Assembly: GCF_018977255.1 (NCBI RefSeq)
Contig: NW_024704742.1
Location: 36,644,001-36,708,000, forward strand
DNA: 64,000 nucleotides
Direction: 5' to 3'
Source: Callorhinchus milii
Lineage: Eukaryota
Part shown: positions 12,181 to 24,559 of the stretch, in pieces
How the letters are laid out: each line of letters starts with the position of its first letter
How positions within the stretch are numbered: position 1 is the stretch's first letter
The notes under the pieces: model-generated
Databases searched by the model: none
What the model saw: only the letters and a program-made list of their open reading frames with translations
Told to the model about the DNA's origin: nothing
Made by a program: the position numbers and the translations under genes

Positions 12181-13848
12181 GGATAACATGTCTCAAGGCT
12201 TTTGTTTCAGCAGCCCGGACCCATGTCTAAATCTAGCAAGCTCCTATCATTTCTTTGTGTACCACAAAACAGGCTGATTTCCCAAATCATGGATTTTTTT
12301 CTAATTTTTCAATGTTAGCATTTATTTAATCAAATTCAGTACTTTATGTAATTATTAACTTCCCGTTATCAGGGAGGACTTTTGTTTTAATTTTTAAATT
12401 TCAATTATAACCTTATTAACTCAAAACATACTTTAGCATCTGCATTACTCAAACAAAGGCTGCTCTTTTTATTTTCTTTTACAATAAAGTGGACAGAAAT
12501 ATTTCACTTTCCAGAATGGATGGTTCTTTCTGTGGTTTTCTCAAAGGGTCCCTCTATCCTTAAAGTTGCAGCTGTGGACCTCCCAACATGTGGGAATATG
12601 GCAATAATCCACATTAAAATTATTAAAACATCTTTACCCCAGTACATTTACAAAGACCTCCTTGTTATCTCTATTCCATTCTACCCAACAATCTTGATGG
12701 TGTCAGTTAAGCAGAATGTCAAATAATTACTTTCAAAATGAAACTGCTCCACAAAAGATACAGCTTACCTTTGCCTGGTGTAGAGTAAGACCTATTTATA
12801 GTGTTGTCTACTTCTTATAATGATTTTCACCCATATCCCCCTTGTGCCAGATATCATTCAATAACCATACAGAAAGTTGGGGAACTGTCCCAAGGCGGCT
12901 GCTGTATCTACTCTGATATTATCTCAGTAATGAATAGCTCAAAGTGACTTGTCTCTCAAATTCAAGTAAGACAAGGCTTCCTGGTTAAGGAATCATGGCC
13001 ACAAACTACTGTTGTACTAATGTGCTGTGTAGCATGATGCTTTGAGCATTTGATAATGATTACAAATAGTTTCAAACTGAGTTGTAAAACAACTTTGATT
13101 TGGTCATTGATCCAAATGAGAAATCTGGCTCTCCTGTTCAATACAATGAGCCATATTTGCCTGCAAAAATATACGGTAACTGCACTTTACAGTTAAAATC
13201 CTGTGAAGTGCTTTGAGACATCCTCCCAACATGAAAGGTGCTATAACAAATGTAAGCAATAGTATTAGTGACATCAAAAATTACAGTGTGTATGATCTGA
13301 ATTGTAAATTAGCAACATTGCCCAAACAAACAACAGAGCCTGTATTCATGGCTCTTGAAGACCTTAGAGTGACAGCAGTGTTAAAATTGTTTCATAATTT
13401 TTACATTTTAAGCAATTAAGGCAGGATATGCCTCTTAACAGGTGGCAATGAATTTACCACTGTTTGGTACTTAAAACTGGAAGCAACTGCAGGATAAAGT
13501 ATGACCACCCAATAGGTCTAACCTCATAAATGCAGCTGGTAAAAATGAGCAGACAAGTAGGACCCAGATTACAATAGAGCTGGAGTCTCCTAGGGTGTGA
13601 GTGGACTCCATTCCAGACAAATGGAAATTCCACGCAAATAATGAATTCTCAATATTTGTGGTTTGGATAATCTTAAGTATGATGATGGGTTTCTGCGTGG
13701 GTCAGACATCTGACTATCCAACCCCCCCACCAGCTGTGTTTAAAAAGTCAACAACTTGCATTTATATACCCTCACACAGGATAGCATCCCAGAGCGCTTA
13801 AACATCATTAAATGAAAGCTTCAGAGAGTGAGTTAGGAGCAGACATGA

Positions 13849-13965
13849 ATTAGAAATGTAGAAATCTATAGCTCAGAAGCAGGCCATTTGGCCCATCGAG
13901 TCTGCACCAGCTCACAGAGCCAGGAGATCAATTCAATCCCACAGCCTGGCCTGTTCCTCATACCA
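13849..13965 (-). mobile_element. CR1-type 3' tail fragment
   Basis: agaagcaggccatttggcccatcgagtctgcaccagctc is the reverse complement of the tail seen at 6925-7013. Confidence 0.75.
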
Positions 13966-14327
13966 CTTCAAGCCCCAAGTTCTAGCACTCCAGTTCTCAT
14001 TTCATATGCTAACCTGCAAAACCTAATAACACTCCCTCAAACGAACCTTTGAATCTCAATATGCACCTCATTTGCCATATAACCTGCAATTCTTGAGTCT
14101 GTCCACTAGATGGGTGCAGTGGAATCTTACACAATTTATGACATGACATGTACAAATACTGCGGTGGTCTATTGAACTTGTATATAAAGACTTAAATGAG
14201 GGAATTACAATTAATTGACTTTAGTAGTTTATTACAGCAATTAGTTTAGTTTTTGATAATTTGCTAAAATAAAGTTTGGCTTTAATGTCCATGTTCACAG
14301 CAACACATTAAGGGACTGACTGATATT

Positions 14328-14822
14328 CAACAGCAACAACTTGCATTTATATAGTGTCCCTCATGCAGTGTAGCATCTCAGGGCTCTTCACAGTGGTGGA
14401 ACATGACGTTGAGTCGGGGAGAGGGGTAAAGTGACCTTAGACATGGTCGTACAGGAAGGTCTTCACCTGAAGATAGAGAAAGGCAAGGCAGAGGGATAGA
14501 AGAACAGCGTTCCAAAGTTTTGGGGCATTGTGATTGAAAGCATTGCCACCAATGGTGGAACAGAGGGCACAAGGGACAAACAGGAGGCTGGAGCTAGTCA
14601 AGTAGAGATAGTGGCTAGTGTGTTGGTTAGTAAGCAGGTTGGAGAGGTAGGGAGGTGCCAGGGCATGAAGGGATTTGAACACGAGTGTTAGGATCTTGAA
14701 ATTGATTCGTTTAGTGATAGGGAGCCAGTGGAGTCTGGCTAGAATTGGTGTGATGGTGTGCGGGGGAGGGGAGTACAGAGCTTAGTGTGGATGAGTATTC
14801 GGGTGACTGAGTTTTGGCTAGT
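14328..14822 (-). mobile_element. L2 LINE 3' fragment
   Basis: Translation FKSLHALAPPYLSNLL...TIGGNAFNHNAPKLWN; (CAA)n tail. Confidence 0.92.
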
Positions 14823-15674
14823 TTCTGCACAATTCCTTCCTTTGTCAAGTTTTATGGAAAATGGAGATGCACGGAGAATGGTGAAATGTCAGTAGGAAGC
14901 GGTAACAGATTTTCCTTCTGCCCTATGAATGTTTCACCCCTCCAAAATAGCAGTAGAAATATTTGCGAAAAATTGGGAAAAGGTTAATTGAACTACTACA
15001 GTTAAACAACAACAAATGGCGCCTTTCACATTGGGGGTACGTCCCAAGACACTGGAGAGTCGAGGGTTTGCACCTGAGCTGGGGGTTGGAATCAAGGCCT
15101 TGTTAAAGGTCATTAATGAATAGCTAGTGCACATTCTGTAGCTAAGAAGATGCACTGAATGGTCATATTTTAGAAGTTTACATTTGGCCTGGATTATAAT
15201 CATACAAGATTTGCGAGATGCAAATAAGCAATGGATTGTATTGAAATGTTTGATGGTGGGAATTATGCAGTGGCGTCTTCCAGGCATATTGTAATAGAGG
15301 CAGAGGAGAAAGAAGAGGAGAGGATGATTAGAAGCAATAAGCAGTGGAAGCTCAGAAGCTACAACACCCTCTACTCTCGCGGCAGCAGGTCTGCTGCAAT
15401 GGACTCAGCTACCAGTGTGGAGCCTTTGAGCCCATTAGGATGGTTGTGACTGAGATGAATTACCTACTCCACAAAATCCCACAGGAATCGTCCACCATCT
15501 GCAATGCCTTATCCAGTGGTAGTGAAATTCATTGTTCTCTTAACTGTGACTTCCCAGGCACCGTATTGGACCTCTTGGAGTCATTGCTTCACAATGTTAA
15601 AGATGCCTGTTGGCTCTCTTCCCCAACATGTGTGATGCAGCGTGAATCAGGAGCAGACCAGGCCTGGAGCCTGG

Positions 15675-16310
15675 AGAACAGGAGCATGAACCGGAAGATG
15701 CTGGGCTGTATTAAAGGGCAATATTGAGCCAAATAGTGGGGTAATCCTGCTACTTTATAAATCACTCGTGCTACCGCACTTGGAATGTTTTGAGAAGTTC
15801 TGGAGGATATTGCAGCGATTGAGAGGATACAGAGAAGGGCAACCAAAATGATTGAGGCGATAGAGGGATTGGACTACGAGGAGCGATAGGATAAACTGGG
15901 AACGTTCACACTGGAGAACAAAAGGTTCAGGGACGATCTGATTACTGTCTGTAAGATTCTGAAGGGAATAGATAATGTAGACCATGATAAGCTGTTTTAT
16001 CTTGTACTGAACAGTAGAACCAGAGGACACAGCCTTCGATTGAAGGGGAGTAAATTCAGAACAAATCTGCAGAAACACAACTTCAGTGAGTGAGTAGAAA
16101 ACTTACGGAACAAGCTCCCCAGGGAGACAGTGGAAGCAGAAAATGTTGTTTGTTTCAAGAATAAGTTAGATAGATTTCTGCTAGAAAATAATATCTCAGG
16201 ATACAGTATATAGTTTGGGACACGACAAATCAAGCGACTGCCAGGATGGTGGAAGACGAATTAGATGGACCTTGGTCTTCTTTTGCCGAGCAAAGTCTTA
16301 TGTTCTTATG
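15675..16310 (+). mobile_element. CR1 LINE 3' part, degenerate
   Basis: MLGCIK, LYKSLVLPHLE, IERIQRRATKMI, RTRGHSLRL motifs across frameshifts; ends cttatgttcttatg. Confidence 0.92.
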
Positions 16311-17395
16311 AGTCTCATTATCTAGTCCTTCTAGGGAGCTCCGCAAAGAGACATCATAGTTTTCTTTCAGATATATTTACAATCACGAATCTGCTATTTA
16401 ACACCCTGTTCAGCTCTTGCTACGTACTTCATTGTTTTTTGTTTGGCTTTTCAACAATTTGACCTTTGATTTTTCTACACAATGAAAGAATGACAGAATG
16501 AAAAGGTTATTATTCCAGTTGCTTTGTGATTGGCTGCTATTTTTCCTTTCCACTTACAAATGCATATTTCTCGCAGTTGCCACTTAGGAACGCTCTGGCG
16601 ATTTCATTAGTGAATCCATTAAAAGTTAAAAAACATGCATTATGTCTGTTTTCTGTGATCTGAGGAATGCCTGGCGCTATGCATTTTACTAAGGCAGGGA
16701 CTTCAGGGAATTAAGTTATTCAGAGACGTGAAGTGCTGTTTCATGCGTTGAATAAATATAAATCTGTTAACTTATGTGAACTTTATCAGAGCATCAAGGA
16801 ATGTATTCATATGGCACAACAAAATTAATCAGCAATATCTTCTGGTTTGAAAACAAATCTGCAAAGTCTTTCAAAAAAAATATTGTGTTGCTAAGCACTT
16901 CTTGCTCTCCACACCAAGTAATGTGCACCATGGGGTTTGAAGCTAGTATAGCCTCGCTGGGCCTCAGCAATTTATTAAGTTCTCATTTTAAGACTGACTC
17001 CGCTCCCTCTTGACAGGCTATTGTATACTGGCTCACTGCCAATAGGGAAGGATAAAATGCAGTGCTGGCACAATGCATATTTAGATCTATGTTTAAATGT
17101 GGTACCAATACAATTGTGGACAAATATTATTGCGTTCTTCCTGTAACGTTTGTTACAAAAATAATTTGCTTGAATAATTCAGCTGAGTCCTCACCAGGCT
17201 ATACTGACTCCCATCTCACTCCTTTCTATCTATCTTTAAATCCTGTCTATTAATCTACCACTTCAACCTCACTGATAGTTACCTCACTCTTCTCCTCTCC
17301 CCCATTAAAAGTTCTAACACTGTGTAGTAGACTGGAGAGGATAGTACAGTAATATGATTTAACATATGCCATACAGCATACGCCCGCAACAACAT

Positions 17396-17785
17396 GGTGT
17401 CAGCCTGGTTTAGTTGATAGTGCTCTTGCCTCTTTGTCAGAAGGTTGTGGATTCAAGCCCCATTGCAGGACTTTGAACTCATAATCCAGACTGACACTCA
17501 CTCAGTCAGCAGTCAGGCAGGTCTGTGGAAGTGCTACATTGTCAGAGGTGGCGTCCTTCGGATGGAATAATAAACTGAGGACCCATTTAAATGTCACTAT
17601 ATGAAAAGAAAAAAAGGGAGGTTCCTGGTATCCTAGCCAGCAATTCCCAGATAAAATTGGTAATTCGCTTCATGGCTGTTTGTGGGATATTGCTATGTAC
17701 AAGTTGGCAGATGCATTTGCCTAAAAATATACAGTCAATACACTCTGCTACTTGCATCATGTCATAACACCTCAAAGCATTTGCT
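17396..17785 (+). mobile_element. Deu-domain SINE (family B)
   Basis: ggtgtcagcctggtttagttgatagtgctct...tcagaaggttgtggattcaagccc head; gaggtggcgtccttcggatg core. Confidence 0.88.
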
Positions 17786-17814
17786 TATGTTTTTGTAAAG
17801 TCTAGTAACTGTGT

Positions 17815-18129
17815 GTTTGCAGGTGAATACATACATACAGGAATGTCTCACAGGCAGCCATGAGGTGAATGACCAGTTTAACTAGAAAATTGTTGGTCAC
17901 AGGAAGAAACTCCATTTTCTTTTCGAATAGTGCACAGAATCTTTAAGATCTACCTGAACAGGCAGATGAGACCATATCTTAATCTCTGCTCTGAAGGACA
18001 GCACTTTCAACAGTGCACCCCACCAGCACTACACTGGATTTTCTGTCAAGACCATGAGCTGCAACTCACTGATGGGATTTAAATCCACACTTTTATGATT
18101 TAGAGACGAGAACTAAGCCTGACTGACAC
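17815..18129 (-). mobile_element. Deu-domain SINE (family B), inverted relative to its neighbour
   Basis: gaatctttaagatctacctgaacaggcaga core and ...ctgacac end, reverse complement of family B. Confidence 0.8.
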
Positions 18130-19244
18130 TTTAATTACCCTGAATATAAAAAGGCTAGGATATTTAACCTGCATTCTGATGAGGAGTTCATTAACAACAG
18201 CATCAACTTGCATTTATAAAGCCCTATTTATAAAAGAAAATGGAGATTCTCTTTCTGCATCGTAGCATCTTGAGTGCTTAATAACTGAATATCAAGGATG
18301 GTTCAGATCAGCTTTTCCCTGTTCTGAATCACTCCAGTATTAGCAGTTCTACATGATATAGAGCATTCCATTTGAATGAATCAAGGCACTAATGTGAATT
18401 TGCCTATTTGGAAGGGGTGAAAGTTTAAATGGATGGGTGGGGGTTATAGATAATATGGAACCTGGTTCTAGTGCAAAATAGGAGTTGTAATTGAAACAAG
18501 TTGTTGACAAAATGAACTTGATTGGCCTGATCCAAGATCCTTCTGGAACTATAGAAATGTTACAGAAGAAGGCTTTCTCCAAATTAGATTTAGAATGCTT
18601 TGATATGACTTTGGTTATATACTTTGTGGGTTTTCTATTGAATTTTGTTGACCTAAATGTCACTATGGATAGTTCAAAGTACACTCTTTTCTGTAGGTAA
18701 GTTCTTTATTTCCTCAGTCTTTCCTCTTTCTGGGTCTACCTTGGACCTGCTAGTGCCCCTTTATGCTACACTATATGCAACATCGCTCCCAGTAATAAAT
18801 TGATTTGGCATCACTCCTGCCTTGAGCTGGGGAGAGCTCTCTGCTCATCCACAGTTATTGCTTGGTTGTATCCACTAACTTCTTCTGAACACTGCTTAAT
18901 TTTTATTGTCATTAAAGAGATGGAATACAGTCGTCTCTCTAATAATATTAAAAAGCTTGCGGCAATTCAATTTTAAACTCAAGATTTGTAAGTTTAGAAT
19001 TTTGCCAGAATCAACCTTATCATCCTGTAGCCGAAGGCACTGATTATGAAATGACCTCCTGCAGAAAATTGACTGAATCAAACCTAAAGGTGCAGTATAA
19101 CTGGGGCATTCACCACAGAACAAGGTGCTAAGTTACTGCTAACATTCTGGCTCAACCATTCCATAAATGGAAACTAGGATGTGCACCTGTGCAGCTCTGT
19201 TTACATGTGGTTTAGCTGCTCTTAAGCATGGTGATGGGCTTCAT

Positions 19245-19515
19245 TGAGATTGGTTTGGATGAAGATGGCCCCATTCAGCCCATCTGATCTCACCCTTCCA
19301 GAATACCTACTCTATAATCCTTCCATCACAGTCTCAACCTTTTTTTTAAATGAGTTCAGTTTCCTGATCTCAACCACCCTTCCTGGCAACTTGCTGGTGG
19401 TTGTTCTGAAATTGTTCTTTATAACTCTAAACATGTGTCCTCTTTCTCAAATGTCTTGGTGCATACCAAAGTATTGTTCTGGGTTTAATTTTTGAATCCC
19501 ATTTAATCTGCATAT
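19245..19515 (-). mobile_element. CR1 3' fragment
   Basis: ggatgaagatggccccattcagcccatctgatctc tail and caaccacccttcctggcaac; similar to 38495-38815 and to the reverse of 33239-33400. Confidence 0.75.
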
Positions 19516-20304
19516 GTTAGATCCTGAGTGGACCGGAAAAAAAAAAATAGTGAAAGGCCTGGATTCTACTGAGAAACGTCACTTCACCACATTGTTGAGA
19601 GTCTGAAGAATTGTGGGTGCAAACCACAGCCTACAACTCTTTACCATACCTTGATCGAGCCAACTTGTATTTCCTGTTGTTGGAGGAAAACCAGATAAAA
19701 GGAGTCTATAATCATTACGCCTTGATTCTGCTAATGTTTCGGTGACATCAGTTGTCCAACGTTATTAACTTAATCCTAATCATCATCAGAAAAAAAAACC
19801 TTTACAAAGGATTCCTTGAACGTTTTCATGTTAACTTTTTGTAAATAATAGGGTGTACAGGAAGAAAATTAACTGAACAAGTACAATTATTATATGGCCC
19901 TTTTTGAGTTGATCTTTTTATCTTGCTTTCATTTGCTGCAATTTTTCCTGTTATATATACATTTTTATTTTCTGCACCATCATTCTTGATCTTTCTGTTG
20001 AAAGAGCAGAATAGTGATGTGAACTGCAGACTTTTGATTTTCACAGCCATCTTTAGTGCCAATCCATATTTGTTCCTTGTTTTTTTTATTTACAGATATG
20101 GAGCTCTCTGGATTGCTCAACACTTTATTCAGTGGCTCTGTGAGAACCTAGTCATTAAAGTTAGACTGTTGATCTAGATTGACTTTGCAAAGGGGTTGTG
20201 TACTTTCCTACCAGAGCTAAACTGAAGACTGTGCTTTGGTTAACTGCTGCACCAAATATTCTTGCCTTCTCCCCTTCCTCATGAAAATTAACATTGAATA
20301 GGAA

Positions 20305-20725
20305 TAATAAATAACAGTACTTTGATTTGATGTAAAGTCTTGTTACATCAAGACATTTGAAAGTGCTTCATACTTTGAAGCGTAGTTATACATTTTTTAA
20401 GGAGGCAAACACAGCAAAAAAATCTATGTCAGACATGTTGGGTAAACAGTTTTAAGATGAGAATTTTAATCTGTTTTGATAAATTTGGATGAAGGGCAGA
20501 ATAGTGACCAGTTATCTGCTCTTTCTTAAAAAAAATTCAATCGTGGTATCCTATACATCCACCCAAATCACTGGAACAGACAGATGTGAACTTGATTTAT
20601 TATCTCATCTCAGAGATGACATATCCATCAATGCAGCCCTCACCCCAAACTGTACTGGAGTGTCAATATTGATTGTGACATTTTAACACCGAGGTGAAAA
20701 TGCTACCAATTGTGCCAATCTGATG
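20305..20725 (-). mobile_element. Old Deu-domain SINE (family B-like)
   Basis: Degenerate tail, gtgaccagttatctg body, tactggagtgtca and tgctaccaattgtgcca head remnants. Confidence 0.6.
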
Positions 20726-20764
20726 TGAATCTGACATGTCAATCTAATGTGAATTAAGGTTTAT

Positions 20765-20845
20765 CAATAAAAACAGAAAGTACTGGAAATCCACAGCAGG
20801 AAAATTAGAAAATGAAAGAGAAAGATATATTAACATTTTAGTTGG
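20765..20845. mobile_element. Degenerate Penelope-like terminal repeat fragment
   Basis: aaaaacagaaagtactggaaatccacagcagg matches the reverse complement of 31774-31805. Confidence 0.55.
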
Positions 20846-21529
20846 GATCAGTTCAAAAGCAGGTGGCTAAAACGATGATTATTTCCCTTGTCACTTGATA
20901 TTGTTTTGCCCTCAGTACCAAATATATCTGTAGACCATTTGTGATTGTAATGTTTGTGATGTTCCTTAACACATTCACATAAAGCACACCTTTACTCTTA
21001 CTTGTAAATTTGTTCTTTTGCCAGTTAGAGTTGTAGTTTTCAGACTTACCTCAGTATTGAATGCACTACTCCCAGTCTCTGATCCATGTAACTACTTCTA
21101 CAATTCAGCCACAGGCAGCTTGGTTACCAAAACATAGAAAACTGAACACAGTCAATCTTCCTGATCTGAGCCATGGTGCTATTGCTATAAAAGAAATGTA
21201 TACATTGGGATTTCGACACCCAATGTTTACACTCCCTAGGGAATCATGTTAAATATCTGTTTCTGCCTGGGATATTACCGTAATGTTCATCTTAAAAGTG
21301 TTCGCCTGGCACTGTACTGAGAGGAAGAAGGTAATGTTCCATCTTTGAAGGAGTTTCCTAATACTCACCAGCAATGTGAACATATCGATAACTGCGATAT
21401 AGGTTTGGGACTGTAATTACAGCCAAATAAACCAACCCTAAAGGACACCAGGTGAGATCATATCCCATTTAACAGCAGTAATATGCCATCTGTATATAAG
21501 CACATGGTGGGAGGGGTGTGGTGGGATGG

Positions 21530-21781
21530 GGAATCGTTGTGTAGTAGTAATGGTACTTGTATCCCTTTAAATTTTGGCAATTTGGTAATTGTAGCTTGCA
21601 CCAGGAACTGCCACACAAGCTGTGAGATTCCTGTCAAAACCCAACTGAATGCCCTTCAGGTTTGGAAATCTACTATCCTGACCTGCTCTGACGTACACGT
21701 GACTCCATTCCCACACTATTCCCAGTCAGGACAGGACAGGAATGGATAATAAATACTGGTCCTGCCAGTGTCACCCACATT
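21530..21781 (+). mobile_element. Old SINE relic (family C)
   Basis: gtgtagtagtaatg head remnant, ggaaatctactatcctgacctg...gtgactcca body, aataaatactggtcctgccagtgtcacccacat tail; recalled from shark SINEs, not verified. Confidence 0.6.
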
Positions 21782-22139
21782 GTGGAGTCCTGTAGCTCAG
21801 TGGTTAGAGCGCTTGCCTCGCCTTGCAAGCCTTGCAAGCGAGAGGACCTGGGTTTGATTCCCGGGCAGTGCAAAACATTGGCCAATTTTCCTTACTCCAC
21901 ACGCGTCTGTTTACCTAGTCAGTAGTTAGGAACCCGGTTGTTAGTTGATTGGCGGATCGCTTATTTGGTGACTCAATCCAATGAGTGTTTGTGGCAAGCT
22001 GCTGTGCACAATTGGCTGCCGTGTTTTGCCCACAAAATATACAGTCAATTCACTTTACAGTATATGCTGTGAAGCGCTTTGAGATGGCTCGAAAACACGA
22101 TAAGGAGATATATCAAATGTAAGGATTATTATTATTATT
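21782..22139 (+). mobile_element. SINE family A long variant, full length
   Basis: A box tagctcagtggttag, B box gggtttgattccc, 9-bp tandem duplication (gccttgcaa x2) in the anticodon arm, central module, L2-type tail, (ATT)n. Confidence 0.95.
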
Positions 22140-22794
22140 GTGAAATGAGGGGAAAATAAATCTAATATTTATTGCTGGATTTGAATTCCTTTCAAATTCC
22201 ATGGGGACAATATAGTAGGGGATTTATTGATTGGGATACTTTGTTTTAATGAAGAACAAATAAAACAGTTTCATATGCAAAGCAGCTTGGCTTGGTTCCC
22301 AACAAACTTGTCTTCCCCCAGAGCCATGTTAGCATTCTAATTATTCATCGCATCCATCTAATTGTAGGCTCAGGATGATATTGGGGTCCCAGGGACCACA
22401 CTAATGTGAACAAAATGTATCAGAGCAGCAAATTGTCTTTTTCACCAGGCCACACAATTGGAGCGAGGCACATCCCTGCATTGAATCAACCACTCTCTTT
22501 GATCCTAGCAAGTGTTACAGCTCAGTGCTGTCCTTCCTGGATTGTGCTCTTTATTTTGGTATGAAATTGAACTTTTCTTCAGGGCCTTGCTCATCAAAAT
22601 CTCACGGGAAGCCCAAAGTGATAGCCCATTGAGAGATATCTCACAGCTACAACTGCAATTCACCCCCTTAAACAACCACATTGTCTTGTTGATGTTTTGC
22701 ATATTTTGGGTTAAAAAGAGACTGTTTGCCCATTGGTAGTTTCTGCCTTTACCTCTCCAGCTCATTGAAATATGACTTCATTTTGTGGAAACAT

Positions 22795-23120
22795 ATGGAT
22801 GTTCACAATGAATGTCCGGGCTGACACTCTAATGCAGTGTTGCATTAATGGTGGTACCATCTTTCGGATGAGATATCAAAGGGAGATCCTATCTGCCTGT
22901 TCAGGTGGACGTTAAAGATCCCAAGGCATTATTTGAAAAGAGGTTTCTCCCCAATCCCCCCAAATAAAAATTCACTTCATGGCTGTTCATAGGAAATTGC
23001 TGTGCACAAAATTGACTGCAACGTTAACCAACAGTCTTCACACTTTACAGTAAATCCTATCATGCAGTTTAAGACTTTCCTGCTTGAAAAGCACTATATT
23101 AAATTCAAGGATTATTATTA
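22795..23120 (+). mobile_element. Deu-domain SINE (family B), 5' decayed
   Basis: ctttcggatgagat...ctgcctgttcaggtggacgttaaagatccca core, tail aaggattattatt. Confidence 0.85.
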
Positions 23121-24139
23121 AGATGATTGTTCAGGCTCCTTCAACTGATCTTGGTGGTCAGTGGGAACTCAATATATTGGCTCCATCTGAAAGAGGTGGT
23201 GAAGCCTGAACACCATGTATTTATTTTGGTGGGTTACAAGCACTTTTTTAATCTGGAAGTTGTCTGCACACTTTCAATCCTTACAAGATCTATGGTTGTT
23301 GCTCTGCAATAATTGTTCTATTGATTTTCATGTTCCGTTAGCAGTTTTTTAAAAAAAAATCTCATGCTGCACAATTTGAGGATGTTTGTCTATGCTGAAC
23401 ATATACCCAGTTTTATTTTCTCAAGAAATATTTGATATTGTCTCTGTATGACAAAAAAATCAGGAATGAGCGTAAAACATTAACGGGTGCAGAAATTAAC
23501 ATTTGGTACGATGAATTGTCACACGCAGTGTGTATTAACCACAAGTTGGCAGGAGTCACGCTTGGGAATCCCAAGGAGGTATTGTTGATATTGTGGAATT
23601 TGGCCACTTAAACCACCCAGCTTGTCAATGTGAACAAAAGCAAGCAGCTTGCTGTTTGTCCAGCTAGGACTACCCTATCCGTTACGGCTTTAGCTTCTAG
23701 CATTTAACAAAAGCTGAGGGGGAGGAATCCCAGTTTCCAGTGGACAATTATATCACAAGAAGGTATATTGTATATTGTGCTAGTGTTGGTGTCCAAGTAT
23801 GTTCAATGTTGTTAATATTTTGAATTATGTAGTTTGTAAGTGAGGAAGTTGAGGTTCGTTTCTGGCTTCAAGATTAATGAGCTAGGCTCATTTTGATTTG
23901 AGTGATCAGTTGTTTCCGTTTCTTCTGTAGATCTGGTTTACTCCAACCCTCTTCTTTGCTTTCAATTTACAACGCAGCTCCAGCTGTTTCCAGCTATTGA
24001 TTTGCTTATACTGTTGGAAGAAAAGCAATGTGAAGCAGGAAGCCAGGCTTACAATGCCTGCTCCATATTATATTCTCTGGAGCATGCATAGGAATCCTTT
24101 TGGTAGTTGCAGGCAAATCTACTTAGGCCCAATTTTTAA

Positions 24140-24340
24140 TAACGACAACCAGTTGTATTTATATAGTGCCCCCTCACACAGGGTAGCATCCCAGAACGCT
24201 TGACAGTGGCGGAGCCCGATGCCGAGTCAGGTGGAGGGGAAAGTGACCAAAGTCACAGTCGAAGAGGAAGGTCTTCAGGCATGACCTGAAGATGGGGAAG
24301 GAAGGGGCAAGGCAGAGGGATAGAGGAAGAGTCTTCCACT
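24140..24340 (-). mobile_element. L2 3' end
   Basis: Tail plus translation LSLCLAPSFPIFRSCLKTFLFD. Confidence 0.88.
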
Positions 24341-24559
24341 CTTCGTTGCAAATTGCCACAAAACTCACCAAAATGTTCTACACGATATTTGTAATAAGGA
24401 GCAGGCACTATCAGCAGATCATAAGAAAAAATAGTTGTCTTATCATCTCTGTGCTTTCTATTCCTTAAATTATTTCATTGTATAAAACCTGTTTATTTCT
24501 CACCCAAAAAACAGGTTGTGCCACAGAACTTATGCATTGCATTTAATGAATAACTTGTA

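Noticed and set aside
14100..14120. CTCF site (ccactagatgggtg)
   Set aside because: Deviates from the core consensus; single weak matches are expected by chance and L2 tails mimic the motif
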